A stretch of DNA of 64,000 nt from Tateyamaria sp. Lineage in GTDB: Bacteria; Pseudomonadota; Alphaproteobacteria; Rhodobacterales; Rhodobacteraceae. The position numbers were made by a program, and so were the translations under genes. Location: the NCBI RefSeq assembly GCF_039940735.1, contig NZ_JBDVGB010000054.1, positions 380 through 64,379 on the forward strand. The letters are read 5' to 3'. Numbering within the stretch: position 1 is the first letter of the stretch; each line of letters opens with the position of its first letter. Positions 1 through 8,048 of the stretch are shown one piece after another. The notes under the pieces were generated by a model that saw only the letters and a program-made list of their open reading frames with translations, was not told where the DNA came from and made no database searches.

Positions 1-309
1 ACGATTGACCTGATCCACCGCCTGATCGATGATGGCGCACTGAACGAAGAAGAATATCGTGTAATGAACATGCACATGATCGACGGCTGCGAAGACATGT
101 TGGAACTGGATGCGTCGTCTAAAATGAATTCAGAATGGGCGTTTTTGGTGCATTTGCGCGATCTAGGCCGCGCGCATGCTGACAAGTGGCTCACGGCCAA
201 CTTTGACAAGATCGAGGTCGAAAGCACGCTGGATCTGAGCGCATTGTTTGGCGGCGTTAGTGCTGTTCACGGGGCTAACATGGTCGAACTGCGCGCGCGC
301 AAAGGCTGA
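1..309 (+). CDS. Patatin-like phospholipase family protein, C-terminal part (5' end outside the window)
   Basis: Frame is open from base 1. The C-terminus LDASSKMNSEWAFLVHLRDLGRAHADKWL...STLDL resembles alphaproteobacterial patatin-like proteins. Confidence 0.65.
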   Translation, partial: TIDLIHRLIDDGALNEEEYRVMNMHMIDGCEDMLELDASSKMNSEWAFLVHLRDLGRAHADKWLTANFDKIEVESTLDLSALFGGVSAVHGANMVELRARKG

Positions 310-414
310 GGATCAAAAGCAAAAACCACGGCGATTCAAACGTCCGGCCGTGCACTCGATTAGGGTGTTGGATCTATGCGCGTGCGTTGCCCATTCGTAT
401 GCCCAACTTCGACG

Positions 415-1428
415 TCACCTAAACAACCGCGCAAACAGCGGCGCGCCAAGGATCACCACAAAGATGCGCAACACGTGGTGGGCAATGACAAAGGCCACAT
501 CAGCCCCCACGATCAACGCAAGCACGGTCAATTCGGCCTGACCACCCGGCGCAAAGGCCAACAGCGCGTCCATACCGGGCGCAAGGCCAAAGCCATAGAC
601 GGCCTCGACAAAGATCAGCGTCAGGACGATTAGAATGACGCAAAACCCAAGGCCCGCTGCGATATCGCGGCGCACCTCTGTCATGGTGATGCCCGAATAT
701 TTTACGCCTACTGTCATCCCAATAAAGAACTGCGCCGCCCAAATCGCCTCGGCGGGGGCGCGGTGTTGCAACAGGCCCAAAACGGCAAACAAAGCCGCCA
801 TGATAAGTGGCCCAAGGATCGACGCGCCAAACATGCCAATCCGTTTTGCGCCTTGCCATCCGACAAGCGCGCAACCGACCATCAACAGCAGTTGCGTAAC
901 AGGCACATCCCGTGCAGGCGCGCCGGGGGGCTTGGATAGATCCGCATCCCAAAACCCTTGCAAGATAAAGGGTAAGGCCACCACGATTACCATCACGCGC
1001 GTCGCATGGATCAGCGACAGCGTGCGGGGATTGCCGCCTGCTTCTTCTCCGAAGACCAGCATGTCCTGCAAACCGCCGGGCATGGTAGAATAATAACTGG
1101 TGGCAAAATCATACCTCCAGATGCGCATGAAATAAGGGACGCCGATCAAGCCAATGCTTAAAACCATCAGCGGGATCAGCAAAAGCGTGGGCCACATGCC
1201 CGCCATTGACCCAAGCAAGACAGGCGTAAAGGTTGCCCCAACAGCGACGCCCAGAATGGTGCGCATGCCTTCGTTCAGCGGCTTGATGCCTTTCATCTTT
1301 ACGCCCGCAAGTGCGGCAATCAGGCAGGCGGTGATGGGCCCAAGCAGCCAAGGTAAGGGCAAGCCGGTAAGGTGAAACAGCGCCACACCAAAGGCCGCAA
1401 TCCCAAAAGTCAGCGCGATGCGCATCAT
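415..1428 (-). CDS. AbrB-family duplicated membrane protein (putative ammonia monooxygenase family)
   Basis: 337 aa and very hydrophobic. Two repeated halves carry PGGLQDM..LIHATRV and APGGQAEL..IAHHVLR motifs. Confidence 0.85.
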   Translation of the reverse strand: MMRIALTFGIAAFGVALFHLTGLPLPWLLGPITACLIAALAGVKMKGIKPLNEGMRTILGVAVGATFTPVLLGSMAGMWPTLLLIPLMVLSIGLIGVPYFMRIWRYDFATSYYSTMPGGLQDMLVFGEEAGGNPRTLSLIHATRVMVIVVALPFILQGFWDADLSKPPGAPARDVPVTQLLLMVGCALVGWQGAKRIGMFGASILGPLIMAALFAVLGLLQHRAPAEAIWAAQFFIGMTVGVKYSGITMTEVRRDIAAGLGFCVILIVLTLIFVEAVYGFGLAPGMDALLAFAPGGQAELTVLALIVGADVAFVIAHHVLRIFVVILGAPLFARLFR

Positions 1429-1733
1429 TGGCCAAGCACCTTAAGGCGGTGGATCAGTGATGTTTGCAAATGGGTTTCGGCGGCTTGGTCCGCAGCTGCG
1501 GGGGCTGCGGCCTCGATGGCGTCTAGAATGGCGGTGTGCTGGTCGCTGAGAATTGCTATGTGGTCGGCCTCTAGGCGGTGCAGGGCCTCACGTACAGGGG
1601 GGCTGGACAAGTTTAGCGTTTCAGCCACATCGGTTTCGCACAACCGCGCGCAGGGCGCGTAAGCGCCAGTGTGAATGGCGTCTCGCCGTTTGGCATAGGC
1701 GGTTTCGCTTTGGCTCATGTCTGGGGTGGTCAT
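1425..1733 (-). pseudogene. GntR/FCD-family regulator remnant with an internal deletion
   Basis: 102 aa from the ATG at 1733. The GntR wHTH (ETDVAETLNLSSPPVREALHRLE) is joined directly to the FCD tail (HTAILDAIEA...AAETHL). The middle of the ligand-binding domain is missing and SRTPVREAL is eroded to SSPPVREAL. Confidence 0.7.
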
Positions 1734-1822
1734 GGCGTACCTTTGGTGGTGTGTCCCCTTGGATACGACGCACAATCTACGCCGTTGCCCCTTTGCTGTC
1801 AAAGTTCCAAACGGGGCGGCTG

Positions 1823-4800
1823 TTAGTAATCTTTTTCGATAAAGATACCGACGCCTGTGTTGCTGTCCGCCGAAACCGAACCGCGCACGGTGACGTTAGG
1901 CGTGAGGTCAATGTTCAAGGACACTTCTGCGCCATTTTCAGCCCCCACAGTCACATCTGTATAGACATTGTCGGATAGGTATTTACCTGCGCGTAGGGCT
2001 GCGCTGCCGTCATCGCTGGTGGTGACATCTAGATCGTCTAGGCCGAATGATCCGCGCAGTTGCGACACCAAGCCTTCGCCTCCGCGTCCGGCCAATTGGG
2101 CGACAGCGTTCGCCAGTTGCAGAGCCTGAAAGGCGGATAATTGCGAAATGTCGCGCCCAAAAAAGATCTGCGCCAGCACTTGATCCTGCGGCGCTTCGGG
2201 CGAGGATTCAAACGACACTGTCGGATCAGCCACTGGTCCGTCGACGACGATTTCAGCCGTGCCGATCGTGGTTGTTGTGGCGGCGACGAACCGGACGATG
2301 GGTTCAAAACGTCCTTGCAGTTGTACGCGGCCTTCGGTCAGGTCAAAGCGCTTGGTTAAGATGTTTAAGCGCCCACGGATCAGGTCTATTTGTCCGGTCG
2401 AAATGGTATCCGCCGTGCTGCCGGTAATTCGCAAAGTGCCGCCCAATTCGGCGTCCAAGCCGCGCCCGCGTATAAAAATGCGCGCGGGGGCGTTGATGGT
2501 GACATCAAGCGGGAAGGGCGTGCTTGTGCCACTGCTTTCTGCGGCGGCTTCTTTGATCAGCCCGGCACGCCGTCGTGTGCTCATTTGCGGGCGGGTTTCG
2601 CCGATGTGGGTGATGTCAGGGATCGTTCCAAGGGTTGAAACGGTGCTGTTTGGCACCTGCACATTGGTTTCGCCAACGTTGATTGTGCCGGCAATGCGCG
2701 CGCCGCCCGTCAGGGGGCCGTTCAGGGTCACGCCGCCGTTCAGCAGACTAGTGTAAAGCACCTTGTCACTGACGACCACATTGTCGAGCGCAATGGCTAG
2801 TTGCGCCGGGAAATTTCCTGCAAGCGTCAGAGGGCCGCTTACCTGCACTGCGCCGCCGTCGGTGAATTGGCCACTAAAGTCGAGCGTTGCGCGTTCACCA
2901 TTCAGATCAACTGCACCGCTAAGACCACCAAGGGTTATGGGCAAGTTCGGCGTGACGACGCGGGTGCCTTGGGTTGAGATGCGCCCCCGGACAGAAGACA
3001 GGGCAGCGGGGCCATCTATCGTCAGATCAAAACCCGCAAGGCCCGCGATGCTGCGCGGCGAGATGAATGGGTTGATCAGGCCAAGTTGCGCCTGTCCCGT
3101 TGCATCGAGTTCCAGACGGCCCGAAGTGCCAACCAACCCTTGGACCTGCGCCGTGGTGCCCGAGGGGCCATTCAGGTTTGCATCAACGTCAAATCCGCGT
3201 GCCACTTGTGTGGCTGTGCCGTTTACGGTGGCTACCCCTGACAGGCGCGGCACAAGCGCGCCGATATTGGGCATGCGTAGGGCATAGTTGGCTGTGTTAC
3301 CGATGTCTCCGAAGGTGCCGTTGATGGTGCCTGTACTGGAATAGGGGCCGTTCAGATCGGTTGCCACCTGCCAGCCTTGGTCGATTTGCGCCAATGTGCC
3401 GTTAATCGCCAAAGGCCCGGACACGCCGGGGGCCAGTGGGGCCACGTTTGGAACCGCGAGTTGGAATGCAGTGGCAAGGCGTGATGCCAAATAGGTGCCG
3501 GACACGGTCGCTGTGCTGGAATAGGGGCCATTGATGTCGTTGGCAAAGCGCCAGCCATCGCCTTCTTGTTGCACATTGCCAGTCAGTGAGGCGGCACCAT
3601 TAATACCGGGCGCAAGGGCTGACACGTCAGGCAGGTTGGCCGCATAATCAGCGCTTAGCGTGCCATCGATATACCGCCCATCCGCCGTGATATCAGCGTT
3701 ATAAGGGCCAGAGGCCGCAGTGGTGAATTCCCAACCGTTCGGCACTTGTTGCACTCTGCCACCAACCGTTGCAGCGCCCGCTATGCCGGGAACAACGCTG
3801 GACACATCAGGCAGACGCGCGGCATAGTTTGCCGCCAAAACACCGTTGATCAGGCGCCCGTCTGCATTCACCTGCGCTGCGTAAGGGCCGGATAGGGTGG
3901 TGGCAAATTGCCAACCATTGGGCAACTGCGCGACATCGCCGTTTAACGTGAGAGCGCCGGGAATGCCTTTGACGATCGGATCAAGCGAGGGCAAAATCGC
4001 CGTGTATTGCGCATTCAACGCCGCATCCGCAAAGCGCCCAGAGGCGGTGACGGTGCTGGAAAACGGACCTTGGATATCGCTGTCAAAGGTCCACGCGCCA
4101 TCCCTTTGCGCTGCTTGCGCGGTGAACTGCGCGCCGCCCGTGACTTGTGGCACGATGGGGTTCAGGTCGGGCACATCCGCGTTCAGATCAATGTCGATTT
4201 TGTCGCCGTCGATGTTGGCCGTAAAGTCCGCCGTGGCATCCAGTGGCCCAGCCGCGTGCGCCGCCACGTCCCAGATTTCGCCAACCTGTTGCGCGGTGCC
4301 GTTCAGGGTCAAGGGGCCCGTCAGCGTGTCCACAACCCGACTTGCATCATCAAGGGCAAGGTCAAAACGCGCTTGGGACGCACCGGTTTGCAACTGCGCA
4401 GCTATGTCGGCAGCAAGGGCCGGATTGTTCAGGGTTAAACGGTCGACGAATGTGCCGGTTTCATCACGGCGTGCGGCCAGATTGACCGCCGTTTCGCCTG
4501 CCAACACAGCATCGGCTTGTGGGATGCCAATGGCCAAATCCTGCGTGGTGCCTGACAATGACAGCTCAAAAAAACCTCCAAGGGCGGCACTGCCGCTGGC
4601 CACGATATCGCCCGCACCTGTCAAACCCAAACCTGCCAGATCGGCAAAGGCCGACAGATCGGGCGTGTCGATGTTCACATCAAATGTGGATGCAAAATCT
4701 TCGGACAGGCTTTGGACCTCAACATTGCCAACTAGCGTGCCTGCCGTTCCTGTCAGGGACAGGTTTTCAAGCTGCAAGGGCGCGTCATCGCCGTAGGTCA

Positions 4801-6133
4801 CGTTCAAACCACCGCTGATCACCGACCCGACGGCGCGGGCGATGGCCGGATCGGTGAAATCAAGGCCCGAGGCATTCAGATCGACGCGTGCCGCCAATTC
4901 GCCGATGCTATTGACCTCGCCCATCAAGGTGCCATCCACGCCGAAGGTCATGCTGCGGACTTGTACGTCGGTTTGGTCCAGCCCCAAAATCGCAACCGAT
5001 GCCATCAGCGCTTCGCCTTGATCGGCGTCATAGCTGACAACTAGATCGGCCTGATCGATGCGAGTTTCGTCGCCCCCGGCCGGTAAAAGAACCGGGTCGC
5101 CATCGGGGTCAGAAATCTGCCCCTGAATGTCCAACAAGGTCGGCCAGCCATCGCGGTTTAGGGCGGCTTGCCCATTCAGGCGCAGCGCGCGTGTGTCCAG
5201 CGCAAATTGCTTAAGGGTCAACGCGCCATTTTCGTCTTGGCTGCCTTGGGCGTTCAAGCGGACATCGGGGCCAAAGAACGCGGCGTATTGCGGCAAAAAC
5301 AACGCGGTGACATCGCCGGCCAAATCGGCGTCAAAGGCCAATGGGCCGTCTTCTTCGGATTGCAGGGCCAGCGTACCGGACAAACGGGGCGCATCATCTG
5401 TACGTAAATCAAGGGTAGCTGCGAAATCACTCAGCAGCCCCTCGCCTAGGACTTTTAGGTCAAGGCTTGGGCGACCGGGCACATCTATCAAACCAGAGAG
5501 CAGGCCGTTTTCATCTTCGGACACGTCCAAATCAAGCGACAATGCGCGGGTGTCGTTGGCATAGCTTGCATTGACTGTGAAACGAGCGCGCGTTCCATCA
5601 ATGCGCTTTGCCACCAGATTGGCGTCGCCTGCGCCGTCGGCCAGCGTTGCAGCGCCTGTCAGCGACATCTCGACCGCTTCGCCCAAAATCGGCGCGCCCA
5701 AAGCCACCACATCAATGGACAATGCGCCAAGTTGTAGGGACGCAGGCAGATCAGGCAAGGAAAAGGGCGTGGCCTCGGCGTCGGGCACGTCGATACCCGG
5801 TTCTGTGATGGGCAGGCGGGGCAGGTCGACCCGGGCGGCGCGCAGCAATTCAACGTCGATTGCGCCGCGCAGCAAGGCGCTGCGGTTCCACGTCAGCGCC
5901 ACATCGTCAAGCGTCAGCCAAATGCCTTCGCTGTCGGCAATGGTGATCTGGGTAATGCGCGCCGTGCTTGATAGGGCCCCTGAAAAGCCATTGATGCGCA
6001 CAGTGCGCCCATCCCCGCCCAAGGCGTTTTCCAGCAGCCCTGCGATGACACCGCGATCTTCGTTGTCGTCTTGCGCATGGGCTGCGAACGGAAGCATCAA
6101 GCATAGGGCGAGGGCAAGAATGTAACGCATCAA
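1823..6133 (-). CDS. tamB: Translocation and assembly module subunit TamB
   Basis: 1436 aa of beta-rich sequence with an N-terminal anchor. The C-terminal DUF490-like region ends GVGIFIEKDY. It overlaps tamA by 4 nt. Confidence 0.9.
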   Translation of the reverse strand: MMRYILALALCLMLPFAAHAQDDNEDRGVIAGLLENALGGDGRTVRINGFSGALSSTARITQITIADSEGIWLTLDDVALTWNRSALLRGAIDVELLRAARVDLPRLPITEPGIDVPDAEATPFSLPDLPASLQLGALSIDVVALGAPILGEAVEMSLTGAATLADGAGDANLVAKRIDGTRARFTVNASYANDTRALSLDLDVSEDENGLLSGLIDVPGRPSLDLKVLGEGLLSDFAATLDLRTDDAPRLSGTLALQSEEDGPLAFDADLAGDVTALFLPQYAAFFGPDVRLNAQGSQDENGALTLKQFALDTRALRLNGQAALNRDGWPTLLDIQGQISDPDGDPVLLPAGGDETRIDQADLVVSYDADQGEALMASVAILGLDQTDVQVRSMTFGVDGTLMGEVNSIGELAARVDLNASGLDFTDPAIARAVGSVISGGLNVTYGDDAPLQLENLSLTGTAGTLVGNVEVQSLSEDFASTFDVNIDTPDLSAFADLAGLGLTGAGDIVASGSAALGGFFELSLSGTTQDLAIGIPQADAVLAGETAVNLAARRDETGTFVDRLTLNNPALAADIAAQLQTGASQARFDLALDDASRVVDTLTGPLTLNGTAQQVGEIWDVAAHAAGPLDATADFTANIDGDKIDIDLNADVPDLNPIVPQVTGGAQFTAQAAQRDGAWTFDSDIQGPFSSTVTASGRFADAALNAQYTAILPSLDPIVKGIPGALTLNGDVAQLPNGWQFATTLSGPYAAQVNADGRLINGVLAANYAARLPDVSSVVPGIAGAATVGGRVQQVPNGWEFTTAASGPYNADITADGRYIDGTLSADYAANLPDVSALAPGINGAASLTGNVQQEGDGWRFANDINGPYSSTATVSGTYLASRLATAFQLAVPNVAPLAPGVSGPLAINGTLAQIDQGWQVATDLNGPYSSTGTINGTFGDIGNTANYALRMPNIGALVPRLSGVATVNGTATQVARGFDVDANLNGPSGTTAQVQGLVGTSGRLELDATGQAQLGLINPFISPRSIAGLAGFDLTIDGPAALSSVRGRISTQGTRVVTPNLPITLGGLSGAVDLNGERATLDFSGQFTDGGAVQVSGPLTLAGNFPAQLAIALDNVVVSDKVLYTSLLNGGVTLNGPLTGGARIAGTINVGETNVQVPNSTVSTLGTIPDITHIGETRPQMSTRRRAGLIKEAAAESSGTSTPFPLDVTINAPARIFIRGRGLDAELGGTLRITGSTADTISTGQIDLIRGRLNILTKRFDLTEGRVQLQGRFEPIVRFVAATTTTIGTAEIVVDGPVADPTVSFESSPEAPQDQVLAQIFFGRDISQLSAFQALQLANAVAQLAGRGGEGLVSQLRGSFGLDDLDVTTSDDGSAALRAGKYLSDNVYTDVTVGAENGAEVSLNIDLTPNVTVRGSVSADSNTGVGIFIEKDY
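3161..4249 (-). repeat. Six tandem 60-aa (180 bp) coding repeats inside tamB
   Basis: The GP[YFLS] motif recurs exactly every 180 nt (codons ending at 4241, 4061, 3881, 3701, 3521, 3341, 3161). Each unit carries Y...LP...PG..G...G...Q...GW. Confidence 0.85.
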
Positions 6134-7932
6134 AAAGCCTGTCCTATGCCGATGTAAATCTCTAGTCCTGAACTGGTGTCCGACCCTGAACCGGGCAGGG
6201 CCGCATCAAATCGGATCGGGCCGATGGGCGTATCATAGCGCACGCCTGCGCCATATCCTGTGTGCCATTCGCCAGAGCTGTCATAGAAGGCTTCGGGGCC
6301 GATATAGCCCACATCGTAAAAGCCGACGATGGATAGGTTCTTGTTGCTGGTCTTGACGCGAACTTCGCTTTGTAGCCCGACAAAGGACCGCCCGCCGATG
6401 GTGACGCCGGGGCTGAATTCGACGCCAAGGGATTGGTATTCCTGACCACGTACAGAACCCGAACCACCTGAAAAGAATAGTAAATCAGCGGGCGCATTGG
6501 TCAGGCTTGGCCCGGCGACGGACCCAAGTTGACCGCGCAAAGCTAGGGTGACGCGACTGCCAATCTGACGGTACGTGCGCAGGTCAAGCTTTGTCACCAC
6601 CCCGTTGTCCGTGCCGCTAAGATTGACAAATGGCGTCACGCTGGCCTGCGCGTAATAGCCCGCAGTCGCATCCAATTTGTTGTCGCGTCGATCAAAGGTT
6701 GCGGTCACAGGGAACGTTAAAATCGTGTAATCCCGATCGCCCAGATCGTCGCGGGTTGTCGAGCGCCGCAGGCCGATCCCGTAGTTGTATTCGCGATCCT
6801 CTGAGGCGAAATAATTGGCTCCCAGTTCCAGCCGGATGGTGCGGGAAAACAAATTTGGATCGTCACGTTGTTCGATTTCGCCCAGCAAGAACGCCTCGAG
6901 GTCGGTGCGAAACGTGGCTGGACGGCTCAGAATGCCGGTCAGACGGAAATCGACGCCATCGGTGTCGCCGCCACTTAGGCCTTCGATTTCGCCATCAATC
7001 TGTAACCGTTCGGCCCCGCCAAAAATATTGCGGTGCAGCCAAAGTGCACTAAGGCTTAACCCATCCAGCGTGCTGAATTCAGCCCCAAAGCTATAGCGCC
7101 GCGGCAGTTGGTCGGTGATGGTGGCAATGGCATCCAAAGTGCCGTCGGGATTGGCGGTTTCAGCCTCGCTTAGGGAGGCGGCGGCGAACGTGCCGGTGCG
7201 ACGCAGGCGGGTTTCAACCTTGGTGATGACGTCGGGGTCAAAGACATCGCCTTCGGGCCAGCCCATGATTTCTCGGATGCGTTTTTCGCGCACCGTGCTG
7301 CCGCCTTCGATCGTGATTTTACCAAACTGCAATTTGGGGCCGGGATCGATCGTGACAGACGCGCTGAGCGTTTTTTCAGGGTTGTTTGCAGTGATTTGCT
7401 GGCTGGCAACGCTGGCCTTGGCGTGTCCGACGTGTCGCCAACCTTCGATCTGCGCAGAGGTGCCTGCGCGTAAGGCGGTGACGCTTGCGACTTGGCCTGA
7501 ATTCAACCCTTCCGTTGGCTCAACATCGGGGGCCTGCGGCGTGATTGAAACCGTGCCAAAGGTAAAGACCGCGCCGGGTTTCACATTTATGACGACGTTT
7601 GAAATGACAGCAGGGGCGTCAATAGGCGGGATCGAAGCCGCCTCGCGGCCATCCACAAGAATGTTGATTTCAGGGGCAAAGTATCCTTGATTGTAAAGCA
7701 CCCCGATCAGGGTGCTGTAATCCGCCTGCGCCGCCCCAAGGATATCAATGGATTGAGGCGGGTCGGTTTCGTCATCATTCGTGTTCAGCAACCCGGCCGT
7801 CAAGCTTGCGCCGCGCAATTGATCCGCCACCGCATCCGGGGCATTCACAGCAACATCAAAGGCCAAAGCCTGCGTGACGCCGCCTGTCACAAGCAGCAGC
7901 GATATCACTCCACGACCAATTCCAAGAAACAT
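6130..7932 (-). CDS. tamA: TamA, Omp85-family outer membrane assembly protein
   Basis: 600 aa with POTRA-like N-terminus, FFSGGSGSVRG motif and C-terminal GPIRFD...IYIGIGQAF. Confidence 0.9.
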   Translation of the reverse strand: MFLGIGRGVISLLLVTGGVTQALAFDVAVNAPDAVADQLRGASLTAGLLNTNDDETDPPQSIDILGAAQADYSTLIGVLYNQGYFAPEINILVDGREAASIPPIDAPAVISNVVINVKPGAVFTFGTVSITPQAPDVEPTEGLNSGQVASVTALRAGTSAQIEGWRHVGHAKASVASQQITANNPEKTLSASVTIDPGPKLQFGKITIEGGSTVREKRIREIMGWPEGDVFDPDVITKVETRLRRTGTFAAASLSEAETANPDGTLDAIATITDQLPRRYSFGAEFSTLDGLSLSALWLHRNIFGGAERLQIDGEIEGLSGGDTDGVDFRLTGILSRPATFRTDLEAFLLGEIEQRDDPNLFSRTIRLELGANYFASEDREYNYGIGLRRSTTRDDLGDRDYTILTFPVTATFDRRDNKLDATAGYYAQASVTPFVNLSGTDNGVVTKLDLRTYRQIGSRVTLALRGQLGSVAGPSLTNAPADLLFFSGGSGSVRGQEYQSLGVEFSPGVTIGGRSFVGLQSEVRVKTSNKNLSIVGFYDVGYIGPEAFYDSSGEWHTGYGAGVRYDTPIGPIRFDAALPGSGSDTSSGLEIYIGIGQAF

Positions 7933-8048
7933 CTAGCAGCACCCCACTGCGTGTGTTCCGCAGCTTTCGGCAGACAATGCCAAAATCTGCCAAAATGTTC
8001 CAGCGAATAACTACATATAGTGGATAAATCGCGGTATTTTGCCTGTAG

